Source of the DNA: an uncultured Methanoregulaceae archaeon
GTDB taxonomy: Archaea; Halobacteriota; Methanomicrobia; Methanomicrobiales; Methanospirillaceae
Length of the DNA: 64,000 nt
NCBI GenBank assembly: GCA_963737635.1
Contig: CAVTTL010000001.1
Location: 1,280,001-1,344,000 of the forward strand
Reading direction: 5' to 3'
Made by a program: the position numbers and the translations under genes. Of the stretch, positions 10,737 through 21,119 are shown piece after piece. The notes below the pieces were generated by a model, which was not told the origin of the DNA, ran no database searches, and worked only from the letters and a program-made list of their open reading frames with translations. Each line of letters opens with the position of its first letter. The first letter of the stretch is position 1.

Positions 10737-12051
10737 TTATACACCCTTTGCGATCGTCTGGATCGGCTTCTTGAACGAGTCAAGCTGCCCGAAGGTGTCC
10801 TGGTAAACCTTTGAGGTAGCCTCGGGGCCGAACATCTGGGTGCCTGCATCCAGTGCGCATGCTGCTACGATACAGGGCATACCGACACCGGCTGCATGAC
10901 GGGTAACGACGTGGTTACCGTTGAATCCACCGGGGCCACCGCCACCATAGATTGAGTGGCTGAAGAACGAGAACCCAACTGCAACACCCATCGCACGGCC
11001 GAAGTCAGAGCCGGGGAGACCGGTCTCATGCTCAAGCAGGTCGTTGAAGTAGAGCAGGGTTGCGGATACTGCCTGGGCGAACCGTCCGGCACCACAGTTA
11101 ACCATGGTTGCCGCGAGGGTGCCTGCAGATGCGTACGCGTTCCACATCATCGGATCCTTGGTCTCGTAGAAGACGTAGCCGCTCTTGCCCTTCTTGCCTG
11201 CCTTGATGACTTTGTCGTCAATGGCACGCTCGACAAGGCTCTGCACGACAGTACCCGATGGTACCGGTCTTGCCGTTCTTCTTAACGAGGTCGTAGACAA
11301 TGTTGTTTGCGTTTAAGCCCTGGTATGCGTAGAGCAGAAGCTGGGCGCGCTCGAACGGGCCGATTGCTGCACCCATTTCAAACTCTCCAGCCTGCTCGAA
11401 GGTAGCACAGAGTGCTGCACCCTGCATTGCATTCCGGTGGGTTATCATGACCGCGTGGTTTGCCGGGATGTTGCGCAGTGCATAGCCGAGGCCTTCGTTG
11501 TTCTGCGGGATGGACAGGATAGAAACGACGTTTCCGCCCTGCATATCCATCGTCTGTGGGTAGGTACCCCAGACTGCACCCTTGACGTAGGAACCATCGA
11601 ACATACCGACCTTGTACTGGTCGATCAGTGCGTAGGTGGTTGCCGCTGCAACGCATGTGGATGTTGCATCGTAGGTTGCTGCTGCGTCCAGCCGGGCGCT
11701 CGGGACCTCGACAAGGAGCATCTTGCCGCCGCCGATCTTGGTGATCTTGGTGTTGTCGCCTTCAGTGACTTGGATCATGTCCTTGATCTTGGCAGAGATA
11801 GCGTCAGCATCCTTGACAACGCTGCAGTTCATGCTGCGGCCGAGGATCTGGTTGGACTTGCCGCCCATCTTACCGGTCTTGAGTGCTTCCTCAATACCGG
11901 CGAGGTTGACTGCCACGGTCCTCTTGGTGAGGTCGATGATACCGGCTGCACCTTTGTTGACCAGCGGGCTGATCTTGTCAATGGTGACATTGCTCTTTAA
12001 GAGCTTACCCTCATCGTCGTAGAGGTCGATTGCATCTTTATATTTTGCCAT
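10737..12051 (-). CDS. mcrB: MCR beta subunit (apparent 1-nt insertion near 11254)
   Basis: [13 protein letters not shown].., [22 protein letters not shown]; C-part [22 protein letters not shown] in another frame. Confidence 0.97.
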
Positions 12052-12195
12052 GTAATTTCCTCCAAATCTGGTTGTAACTGCTGTACCGTACGATATCTGA
12101 ACACTGGTAGTCACTAACAGGAATCACTGATAATGAATGAGAGTCACTATTGCACGTCCCCTAAATCGGGACATTGATTAATTCCCAATTTCTCC

Positions 12196-12209
12196 TTATA
12201 AGCGTTCCG
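12196..12209 (-). promoter_or_regulatory. Putative BRE/TATA promoter of the mcr operon
   Basis: Minus strand reads CGGAACGCTTATAA about 145 nt upstream of the mcrB ATG, in an AT-rich intergenic region. Confidence 0.6.
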
Positions 12210-12429
12210 ATTTTATCTCGAAAGATTGTTTTATACAAATGCAAAAATATTACATAAACATGAAGGAATGTTCAAATATTACATATATCTGCCCTTTCTT
12301 TGTTTTACGCAGTGTGATTTTTTTTGAGAAAAGTGCTATTTTTTCTTATGTAAAATAAGAAAAACGCATATTTTCCTGTGCGCTTCTTATAAAAAAATAT
12401 TGGTTCTGACAGGTTTTTTGCAAAGGCAC

Positions 12430-12885
12430 TTATTTGTTTTCCGTAAGTGGGCTTGGTCCGAGTTCTCTTACGGTATCAACGACGTTTGTAACAACTTTTG
12501 CCCATTTTGCACCTTCCGATGCAGAGACAAAGGTCATCCGGAAGCGCCGGTCGTCAAGACCGATACTCTTCATAAGTCTCTTGACCATGAACATCCTCTT
12601 TGCCGCCTTGTAGTTGCCTTCAAGGTAGTGGCAGTCCCCGAAGTGGCACCCGGAGACAAGAACGCCATCAGCCCCATCGGCAAACGCTTTGAGGACGAAG
12701 AGAGAATCGAGACGGCCCGTGCACATGACACGGACGATCCTGATGTCCGGAGGGTACTGGATACGACCCCCGCCGGCGAGATCGGCCCCTGCATAGGAAC
12801 ACCAATTGCAGACCATACCGAGGATCTTAGGTTGCCAGAATCCGGGGCCTCTTTCTGGGATTTTGAAGTCACCTGGTGCTGACAT
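12430..12885 (-). CDS. mvhD: MvhD [2Fe-2S] subunit of the Hdr complex
   Basis: CNWCSYAGADLAG, RVMCTGR, GADGVLVSGCHFGDCHY and SASEG motifs. Confidence 0.96.
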   Translation of the reverse strand: MSAPGDFKIPERGPGFWQPKILGMVCNWCSYAGADLAGGGRIQYPPDIRIVRVMCTGRLDSLFVLKAFADGADGVLVSGCHFGDCHYLEGNYKAAKRMFMVKRLMKSIGLDDRRFRMTFVSASEGAKWAKVVTNVVDTVRELGPSPLTENK

Positions 12886-15037
12886 TTATTGCTCACCTCC
12901 GAGAAGGAATGCATCGATTTGGGCAACAACCTGAGGTGTCGTAAAGTGGTTCATCCAGATTGCGCCACCGGGACAGAAGCCGCCGCAGGTACCGCAACCC
13001 TTGCACTTGGCCTCGGTAACCTGCATGACCGTCTTTCCTTCCTTCTCTACGAGAGAAAGGGCGGTGTAGGGGCAGAGGTTTACGCACATGCCGCAACCGG
13101 CACACTTCTCCTCGATACAGGTGGCGAAGTACGGTTCAAGTTCGACCTCTCCGTTGTGGATCGGAATGCTTGCCGCAGAGGCAGCGCCTTCTGCAGATGC
13201 TACCGTGTCTGGGATATCCCTTGGACCCTGACAGACACCGGCAAGGAAAACACCGGCAGTAGTAGTTCCGCACGGATTGAGCTTCGGGTGGGCTTCTTGG
13301 AGCCAGCCGTCGCCAGGTACAGGAAACGCCGAATAGTCTCCGTGTCCTTTCTGTGTCTGCTTTTGGCTGGATTGCTGCTGCAAGTACGACAAGATCGACT
13401 TCCATATCGACCGGGCGGTCAAGCAGGGTATCGTCGGCGTGGACATGGAGGTTCTTGGTCTTGTAATCCTCGAGGATGTTTGCCACGCGCCCGCGGATAA
13501 ATTTCGCTCCTTCATCCTGGATGCGGTAGTAGAACTCCTCGTATGCCTTACCGAATGACCGGATATCCATATAGAAGATGTAGGGTATGCACCCGGGGAT
13601 TTTCTCGGTGATCTGGTGCGCGTGCTTTAAGGAATACATGCAACAGAACCGGGAACAATAGGGTTTACCGATACCGGTGTTGTCACGGGACCCGGCGCAG
13701 AGCACGAAGGCCACACGCTTGGGCGTTTCGCCATCGCTTGGGCGGACAAGGTGGCCGCCGGTTGGGCCGGATGCGCAGATGAGCCGCTCGAACTCGAGGC
13801 TGGTAATCACGTTCTCGTACCGCTTGTATCCCCATTCCTCTTTCTTTTCGATGGGGAAAATATCATAGCCTGTGGCGAGGATTGCCGTTCCTACCTTGAC
13901 TTTGATGAGCTCGTCCTTGGACTCGAGATCGATTGCTCTCTTTTCAGGACCGCATGCAGTCACGCACAACCCGCACTTGATACAGGTGTCGAAATCAATC
14001 GTGTAGATCAACGGGACAACCTGCGGGTGGTAGATGTAGATGGCCTTTCTCGGCTTCATCCCGATCTCGAATACGTTGGGCTTGATGACCGGGCAGACCG
14101 CGTCACAGTCACCGCAACCGTTACAGCCGCCTCCGACAATCCCGCGTGCTTCTGCCTCCTTCGGGGTCAGTACACCGCGGGCCTTCTTGCGGAGGGTTAC
14201 ATCGAAGTTCCCGATGTATCCTTCCACATTATCAACTTCGGAGTAGGTCATCAGCTCAATGTTCTGGCTCCTGCCGACGTCCACCATCTTTGGTGTCAGG
14301 ATGCACTGTGAACAGTCGAGGGTTGGGAACGTCTTGTCGAGCTGGGACATCCTGCCGCCAATAGTTGGCGCTGATTCGATGAGGTAGGTCTTAATCCCTG
14401 CTGCTGCAAGATCGAGCGCTGCCTGCATACCGGCGATCCCTGCACCGACAACCATTGCAGCCTTCTCGACCGGCACGGACTTCGGGAAGAGATCTTGGAG
14501 GAGTGCTGCCTTTGCAACAGCAATACGGACTGCATCCTTTGCCTTCTCCGTTGCACCAACACGGTCGTGCATGTGCACCCATGAGTTCTGGTCACGGATG
14601 TTTGCCATCTCGAACCGGAACGGGTTTAATCCGCCTTCCTTTGTTGCCATCCTGAATGTCGGCTCGTGGAGACGCGGCGTGCATGCTGCGACGACAACAC
14701 CTGTCAGTTTCTGGTCTTTGATTGCTTTTTCAATCTTGCCTTGGCCGGGTGTCGAGCACATGTACTGGTAATCGTCTGCCCATGCAACTTCGGGGAGCGT
14801 TTTTGCGTATTCCTCGACTTCTTTGATATCGAGCGAACCGGCAATGTTAGTACCGCAATGGCAGATGAAGACCCCGATGCGTGGTTTCTGCGTGGTGGTA
14901 GCACCGGGCGCTGCTCCTGCTTTTACTTCCGGTGCAAGGGCCTGTTTCTTGACTTCCTCTTTCACGGGAGCCTCCTTTTTAGTATCCTGCTTCTTGGTTT
15001 CGGTCTTTTTGGTAGTTGCTTTCTTCTTTTCAACCAT
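12886..15037 (-). CDS. hdrA: Heterodisulfide reductase subunit A (frameshift near 13315)
   Basis: RIGVFICHCGTNI, GAGIAG, DKTFPTLDCSQC, YCSRFCC; C-part EAHPKL..GPRDIPDTV and CxxCxxCxxxCP motifs in a second frame. Confidence 0.96.
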
Positions 15038-15047
15038 CTTTCCCACC

Positions 15048-15971
15048 TCACAGCACCTTCTGCAGGAATGATTCGCAGCTGATTCCGTGCAGGTCAAGTC
15101 CGAGATCCTGAGGGCTCATGCCCTGTGCAAGGCCAAGGAGCTCGGCAAAGTGCAACACCGGTAAATTATAGCTGACGCCGAACTTTTCCTTGATCTCAAT
15201 CTGGCCGCGGTCGAACTGAAGCTGGCAGAATGGGCAGATATCGGTTAGCGCATCCACTCCTGCCTCTTTGAGGTTGATCAGCTTATCGTTGGTAATATCC
15301 AGCGAATGGACGATATCGTATCCGCGGACACCGCCACCGGCACCACAACACTGCATCTTATTGCGGTACTCAACCGGTGTTGCACCAAGAGCTGCGACTA
15401 ACTCTTCCATCCAGCTCGGGTGCTCGGTGTTCAGCATGACTTCCTTCTCAAATTCACGATCCTTGTGGGGTTTGGTGAGGTGACAGCCGTAATGGACGGC
15501 GATGCGGGAACCAGTAAGGGGACTTACTACGGTGTCTTTAATCTTCGCGACACCGGCGAACTTGTCATTGTAGAGAATCTCAGCGAGGTGATAGACATTG
15601 ATAGTGCCCTTGAACTCCATATCGACTTCTTTAAGCACTTCGTTGACGCCATCACGGAGATCCTGGTTGTGTTTGAGCTTGTGGTTGACTTCCCAGATCG
15701 ATTTGTAGCAACCATTGCAGACTAGTGCGATATCGGTTTTCATCTGTTCGGCGAGCACAAGATTGCGTGCTGCCATTGCATAGAAAACGTTCATATCGAT
15801 GGAACCAAATGCACCGGGGGCCGGGCAGCAACTTGCTCCCTTAAGGGGAACGAGATCGATGCCGAGTTTCTTGCAACCTTTGATAGATGCGGATTCCACA
15901 CCCGGGTACCGGTTTGGTGCAATGCAGCCAAGGTAGAACGCGAACGTGTGGTTTGCTTTGGATTCTGACAT
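15048..15971 (-). CDS. hdrB: Heterodisulfide reductase subunit B
   Basis: YLGC, SCCPAPG, CNGC, HYGCH, CCGAGGG and CPFCQLQFD CCG-domain motifs. Confidence 0.97.
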   Translation of the reverse strand: MSESKANHTFAFYLGCIAPNRYPGVESASIKGCKKLGIDLVPLKGASCCPAPGAFGSIDMNVFYAMAARNLVLAEQMKTDIALVCNGCYKSIWEVNHKLKHNQDLRDGVNEVLKEVDMEFKGTINVYHLAEILYNDKFAGVAKIKDTVVSPLTGSRIAVHYGCHLTKPHKDREFEKEVMLNTEHPSWMEELVAALGATPVEYRNKMQCCGAGGGVRGYDIVHSLDITNDKLINLKEAGVDALTDICPFCQLQFDRGQIEIKEKFGVSYNLPVLHFAELLGLAQGMSPQDLGLDLHGISCESFLQKVL

Positions 15972-15977
15972 GCTCTC

Positions 15978-16560
15978 TTATCCCTCCCGTTCCTTGACAA
16001 TCCTGTCGGCATTCTCTTTGAGATGGTAGTGGTCGATGATCTTCCTGATGGCCGGCATATATTCGGGGTACATGTGGGTGGTCGGTGGGTCACGCGTGAG
16101 TCCGAGTCTCTCTCGGGCTGCACGGTTGACATCATTGTTGGGCACACCGTGACCGGAGCTGTAGATCGCCTGCACGGTCTTGAGGAAGTTCACCGGTATA
16201 ATATCGTGGGTGAATGCCATGTTTCTCATAGCCATAATCACATCAGTGGGTGCAATGTCACGCGGGCACCGGTCGGTGCAGCTGTAACAGGTGGTGCACA
16301 GCCAGAGATCGGGATCGGTAAGCGCCTCGTTCTCGAACCCGAGGACAGACTCTCCGCATAAACTTGCGGATCCGGTAGGTGCTTCTGGGTGCTGAGGGGC
16401 ACGAGCCGGTGCAGGTACCACATTGGTAGCACATATGGGCAATGGTGCGTGAAATACCCTCGACTCTCTTAGTAAAGTCAGGAACCGAGTCTTCACGGAA
16501 ATACCGCTGATCGTGGAGTTTTTTCTCCATCGCTTCCGGGTAACCTTTTGTTCTTGCCAT
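15978..16560 (-). CDS. hdrC: Heterodisulfide reductase subunit C (apparent 1-nt insertion near 16349)
   Basis: CYQCGTCTGSCPS in ORF 16258..16560; LWLCTTCYSCTDRCPR in ORF 15978..16496. Confidence 0.95.
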
Positions 16561-16572
16561 GCTCGTCCTCCC

Positions 16573-17745
16573 TCACGCCTTCTCCATCATTTTTAGTCCG
16601 ACCTGTCCGGTAATATTTTCCTTTACCTTTGAGGTTCTTCTCGTGCAGAGTTTCTCCTTGATCTTCCTGAAGAGGTCCGTCTCCGTTCCTTTCATCCGGA
16701 GGCCGGTCCGCTGGAGCACGATGATATCTTCACCGGGACAGGCATCAACACAGGCACCGCAGAGAATACAGTAATCCTTGTTGACTGCGATGGTAGCCTC
16801 GATGTTGTGTCCCATCTCGGCTGCCGGCTTCTCGCTTGGGAGATAAATCGCATTTGCCGGGCAGATTTCCACACAGGTGGAACAACCACCGGGGCACTTT
16901 TCGGCATGGAACTCAATATCGCCTTCAAAGAGCTTCTCAACAACAATTGCCTCAGTCGGGCAATTGCGTGCACACCAGGTACAGGTGCAGCAGTTGTCCT
17001 GTATAATGCTGACCTTACCGCTTATCTTATCGGAAATTACCTCGCGTTCAACGGTGATGCATTCTTCAGGGCAGGCTTCTACGCATACCTTGCATGCGTC
17101 ACATTTGGTCTCGTCCCAGATTACATCGCCTTCAACTTTGCCGACCTCAGCCGTAAATTCCTTGTGCTTGACTTTTATAGCAGGACAGAGTGCACCACAT
17201 ATACCACACAAGGTGCATTTCTCCTTGTCCACTGTGAAAGTAGTCTTTGCCGTGAGTGCGGTCTGGCGATCCTTTGCGCCTGCAATCGGCCCTTTATAAG
17301 TACCTTCATAAGCGGGAACATTCCTGTCGATTGCATCACGCGGGCAGACCGATTCGCAGATCGTGCACCTCACGCATTTTTCGTCATCGATCTCTGCCTT
17401 CATGTCATACTGCGGGAATCCCTCTTTTTCAATAATGGGAAGCCGCTCCTGATTGTCGACTTTCAGAGTCAATGCATTGAACGGGCACATGATCACACAG
17501 ACACCGCAGTACGAGCACTTGGTCTCGTCTACATCGATTGGTGTCGCATAGTTAATGGCACCCCGGCGGGCTGCACCGACAAGTCCGAGGACAATAGCCT
17601 CCTCAGGACAGGACTCGACACAGATACCGCATCCTGTGCAGGTCTCTGAATTCAGAATCAGGTTGTTCACGCTCTGAAGGAGACGCTGCTCCATCACAAC
17701 GTTGACACCATCCCTTTTTTTGGAAAACTTTGGAAACAATGCCAT
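16573..17745 (-). CDS. fwdF: Formylmethanofuran dehydrogenase polyferredoxin subunit F
   Basis: 390 aa with eight CxxCxxCxxxCP-type motifs; directly upstream of hdrC as in Methanomicrobiales. Confidence 0.9.
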   Translation of the reverse strand: MALFPKFSKKRDGVNVVMEQRLLQSVNNLILNSETCTGCGICVESCPEEAIVLGLVGAARRGAINYATPIDVDETKCSYCGVCVIMCPFNALTLKVDNQERLPIIEKEGFPQYDMKAEIDDEKCVRCTICESVCPRDAIDRNVPAYEGTYKGPIAGAKDRQTALTAKTTFTVDKEKCTLCGICGALCPAIKVKHKEFTAEVGKVEGDVIWDETKCDACKVCVEACPEECITVEREVISDKISGKVSIIQDNCCTCTWCARNCPTEAIVVEKLFEGDIEFHAEKCPGGCSTCVEICPANAIYLPSEKPAAEMGHNIEATIAVNKDYCILCGACVDACPGEDIIVLQRTGLRMKGTETDLFRKIKEKLCTRRTSKVKENITGQVGLKMMEKA

Positions 17746-17768
17746 GAAATAACCCTCACGCTGTTCCT

Positions 17769-18038
17769 CTATTGCACCTTTGCCTTTGCTCTGGTTTCCC
17801 AGGGCCCTGTCAGCCTGATAATATCATGCGGACACGTCTGGACGCATTCACCGCACACGGCGGGTAGGAGCATACTCTTGAAGTCCGGGATTATCATCAC
17901 TCCATCCCGGTCTGTGCAGATATTTTTGGTTGACTCCGGAACTACCGTGTGAAGTTCCAGCGCGTCCACAGGACATGCAACAACACCACTGCTACAGCCG
18001 GTGCAATGGCCGAAATTGATCTGCACTGCAAATGCCAT
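17769..18038 (-). CDS. FwdG-like small ferredoxin with degenerate cluster motifs
   Basis: MAFAVQIN..CTGCSSGVVACPVDALEL...PAVCGECVQTCP resembles FwdG, but each cluster motif lacks one Cys. Confidence 0.65.
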   Translation of the reverse strand: MAFAVQINFGHCTGCSSGVVACPVDALELHTVVPESTKNICTDRDGVMIIPDFKSMLLPAVCGECVQTCPHDIIRLTGPWETRAKAKVQ

Positions 18039-18101
18039 GTGTTCACGCACCAGCTATGATCGATTTCAAAATCGATTATTAAAAGAGTGGTGGAAGTATC
18101 T

Positions 18102-18115
18102 AGATAAAGGTTCTG
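18102..18115 (-). promoter_or_regulatory. Putative BRE/TATA promoter of the fwd-hdr-mvhD operon
   Basis: Minus strand reads CAGAACCTTTATCT about 65 nt upstream of the ATG, in the AT-rich divergent region shared with ftr. Confidence 0.45.
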
Positions 18116-18307
18116 AAATATGTCGTGCCAAAACAGCAATTTTATTCATTTTTTTTAATTTTTATTTATATGCTCCGAGCTAGTGTTAATCACAAATACT
18201 ATACTTTTTAATGATATTCCACTGCGCTCTTAGAATCTCTACGATCAAATGAGAAAATTTATTCGGTAATATCATGGTACTTCTGGTATACCTGAGGTTA
18301 TGTTAGT

Positions 18308-19193
18308 ATGGAAATTAATGGCGTGACAATTGACAACACCTATGCAGAGGCATTCCCCACCTGGGTCTGCCGGGTTATAATCACCGCAGTGACAAAAGAC
18401 TGGGCACTCAAGGCAGCAACCGAGGCAACCGGCTTTGCTACTTCCGCGATCGGCTGCCCGTGCGAAGCGGGTATCGAGACCATCCTTTCCGGCAGCGAGA
18501 CCCCCGATGGAAGACCCGGGGTTGCAATCCTTATCTGCGCAAGCAAAAAGAAACTCAAGGAGCAGGTTGTGGAGCGTCTTGCCGAATGCGTGCTGACCGC
18601 ACCTACAACGGCAGTCTTCAGTGGTATCACCGATGCCGAGGAGAAAATTCCGGTGAAGCTACATTTCTTCGGCGACGGGTATGAGTACCAGAAGGAAGTG
18701 GGCGGCAGGAAGTGCTGGGTCATTCCGATCATGAACGGCGAATATGTCGGGGAAGAGGAATTCGGTATCGTAAAAGGTGTCGCCGGCGGTAACTTCTTTA
18801 TCATGGGAGAGAACCAGATGGCAGCGCTCGTAGCCGCCCAAGCTGCGGTAGATGCCATTGCCGAAGTTAAGGGCGTTATCACGAGTTTCCCCGGCGGGAT
18901 CGTGGCAAGTGGCTCCAAAGTCGGCAGCCTGAAGTATAAATTCATGACGGCATCCACGAACGAGAAATACTGTCCTACGCTCCGCGAAAAAGTGGCAGAC
19001 AGCAAGGTTCCGGCGGGTGTAAAGGCGGTCTATGAAATCGTTATCGATGGTATTGACGAGAAGAGCGTTGCCGCTGCAATGGGAGCCGGGATCAAGGCAG
19101 CAGGTACAGGTGCCAGGAGTTAAGTTCATATCTGCGGGTAACTTTGGCGGTAGTCTCGGCCCGTTCAAGATCGAACTTGCAAAAGTTCTCTAG
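18308..19193 (+). CDS. ftr: Formylmethanofuran:H4MPT formyltransferase (apparent 1-nt insertion near 19103)
   Basis: MEINGVTIDNTYAEAF, TPDGRPG, GIVASGSKVG; the conserved C-terminus VPGVKFISAGNFGGSLGPFKI continues in the +1 frame to TAG 19193. Confidence 0.96.
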
Positions 19194-19196
19194 TTC

Positions 19197-19205
19197 TTTT
19201 TTTTT
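19197..19205 (+). terminator. Oligo(T) terminator after ftr
   Basis: T9 run directly after the ftr stop. Confidence 0.55.
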
Positions 19206-19223
19206 ACAAAATTTTTCTCTCAT

Positions 19224-19237
19224 GGAATCTTATAAAT
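19224..19237 (+). promoter_or_regulatory. Putative BRE/TATA promoter of the mmp11-aks operon
   Basis: GGAATCTTATAAAT about 45 nt upstream of ATG 19283. Confidence 0.55.
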
Positions 19238-19282
19238 AGTGTTATTGCCGATTTAGTTGTTAACGAAAATTTCGGCGATAAT

Positions 19283-20239
19283 ATGATTACACTCACCCCC
19301 GACGACGTGAAACAGCGGTTTGGCCCGCTCTTCTCGAAGAAATTCTTGGTGATGGTAGACGAAACAACAGGACTTGCAGAGATCCTCGAGAAATGCCATG
19401 CCCGCGGGACGATAGAGTGGGACGCCATGAACCGATCCCGGGCCGGTGGTGCGGTGAAAGCGTGTGCTGTAGAGGGGTGCATGATGACGATACAGGCTCG
19501 CCTCGGCAGATATCCGGTCAATTTCGGTCCAGCCGCTGATACGATAGGTGGGCAGGCATTGGAAGCGGTTGAAGTGAACGGTGACGAGGTAATCACAACA
19601 TGGGCAGGTATAGCTGGTGCTGGTGTCGGTATTGCCGCGTGTCTCCCTCAGGCACCCGGGGTTATCCGGGCGGAATACCCGTTAGAAGAAGATCTCAGGA
19701 TTGGAGGTGCCCGGACCAACCATGTGAGGATAGTCTCGCCGAAGTACGAAAAGGTCTGCTTTGGTATTGACGATACGGATACAAAACAAGAGGGCGCCAC
19801 GTGGGTGATGGCACTCAAGTGTGCAGAGGCCTGTCATGTCCCGGGAGTGGAATTTCTTGGTATGCGCCTTATCCAGCTCAATCCGGCGGTTCCCGACAAA
19901 ACAACAAACTGTGTCGGTTCAGCGCTCAATTTTGCCGCCCGTTCCGGAAGCATCGAAGCACTTCGCGAGTTCGTCAGCACATTTGTAGGGAAACATACCT
20001 TCTCAAAGGACACCGGTATCGCATTTGCCCGGGGCATTGGAGCGATAAAGGAGTCTCGGGTGCTCAAGGCGATCAAAACCGAGATCGTACCGCTCGAAGA
20101 GGCTGAATCCGAGGCCCAGCGGCTGGGTATCGAGTTCCTCGACACTAACGGGAGAAAGGGGAGGATCGGTGCACTAGGTGCCGTGATCTGGGCGAATCGT
20201 GGCATCGAAGCGGCAGGTTTGTATGGCGAGCATCTCTGA
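19283..20239 (+). CDS. Methanogenesis marker protein 11-like, TiaS N-terminal-like domain (paralogue 1)
   Basis: GAGVGIAAC..APGV, FGIDDTDTKQEGATW, QLNPAVPDKTTNCV and G.IGALGA motifs. Confidence 0.8.
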   Translation: MITLTPDDVKQRFGPLFSKKFLVMVDETTGLAEILEKCHARGTIEWDAMNRSRAGGAVKACAVEGCMMTIQARLGRYPVNFGPAADTIGGQALEAVEVNGDEVITTWAGIAGAGVGIAACLPQAPGVIRAEYPLEEDLRIGGARTNHVRIVSPKYEKVCFGIDDTDTKQEGATWVMALKCAEACHVPGVEFLGMRLIQLNPAVPDKTTNCVGSALNFAARSGSIEALREFVSTFVGKHTFSKDTGIAFARGIGAIKESRVLKAIKTEIVPLEEAESEAQRLGIEFLDTNGRKGRIGALGAVIWANRGIEAAGLYGEHL

Positions 20240-21119
20240 ACCATATGTCATAAAATATCCGCAGATTGTGGCGGTTGCAGACGAGAGCGGCAGTAAAGTC
20301 GAGTTAATTGAATTCTTTGACTGTTTAGGTGGCGCGATGTGGACACAGCACCATTATGCCAAAAGCCCGCTCGTCGAAAATGTACGATGCGTAGGGGCAA
20401 CAACCCGTTTCCTGCTCCATCCCGGTCTTGTGGATCTCGCACTTGAAGGATCCCGGTTCCCCGCCGGAATATCAGGTGTCTCAGTCACTGGCGACGAGAT
20501 TGCCGTGACATACATCGGCATGGGCGGCGGAGGCGTAGGCGCGACATCCTGCCGTGCAGCTGCACGGGGCGTGCTGCGAGATCACTGCGATCCGGCAGGT
20601 GGGGGAAAAGTGGCAGGTGCAACACTTTGGCTGCCCCGGCGGCAGCGTGTGCTGATCGGGGTGGATGACACCGACACCGCAGAAGAGGGTGCGACCTGGA
20701 CCCTCGTCCATAACATCGCAAAGGCAGTGGAAGATGAATACACCGCATATCTGTCGCACACGATAGTCCAGCTCTTCCCGGTTGCGTACCGGACAAAGAA
20801 CTGCGTGAGCCTTGTTGCTGAATTTGGCACGACTCAACCGGAACGCCTTGTTGGGGAGTTTTACGAGCTGCTCCGGAAATATACCCTCTCTGAGAAGACC
20901 GGCATGGCAGTCTATACCGGCTTTGCTCCATCAAAAGAGCTCCTGGATTATGCAAGCAAAGTAAAACGAGGGGAAGTAACGCCGGATCTTGTGAATACCA
21001 TTAACGATCCCCAGCTCCGCATTGTTATGAACGGCCGGGGGATTACCGGGGCAGTGGCGGCACTGCCGTTCTCTACCCGTTACGAGGAGGCGCTGGAACT
21101 ATGCAGTGGGAAGAACTGA
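20223..21119 (+). CDS. Methanogenesis marker protein 11-like (paralogue 2)
   Basis: GGGGVGATSC..ARGV, IGVDDTDTAEEGATW, QLFPVAYRTKNCV and GITGAVAAL; same motif order as the upstream gene, which it overlaps. Confidence 0.8.
   Translation: MASISEPYVIKYPQIVAVADESGSKVELIEFFDCLGGAMWTQHHYAKSPLVENVRCVGATTRFLLHPGLVDLALEGSRFPAGISGVSVTGDEIAVTYIGMGGGGVGATSCRAAARGVLRDHCDPAGGGKVAGATLWLPRRQRVLIGVDDTDTAEEGATWTLVHNIAKAVEDEYTAYLSHTIVQLFPVAYRTKNCVSLVAEFGTTQPERLVGEFYELLRKYTLSEKTGMAVYTGFAPSKELLDYASKVKRGEVTPDLVNTINDPQLRIVMNGRGITGAVAALPFSTRYEEALELCSGKN

Noticed and set aside
7300-17649. Many long antisense and alternate-frame ORFs (e.g. 7615..8259 +, 16807..17649 +)
   Set aside because: They are shadows of GC3-biased, highly expressed genes, fully overlap confident CDSs and show no motifs.
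12430-17745. Selenocysteine or pyrrolysine recoding in hdrA, mvhD or fwd
   Set aside because: The relevant positions are Cys codons, and the breaks are frame changes rather than in-frame TGA or TAG.
929-19193. Pseudogenisation or programmed frameshifting of mtrC, mcrG, mcrB, hdrA, hdrC and ftr
   Set aside because: These genes are essential, both halves are well conserved, there are no in-frame stops and no shared slippery motif; sequencing indels are the simpler explanation.
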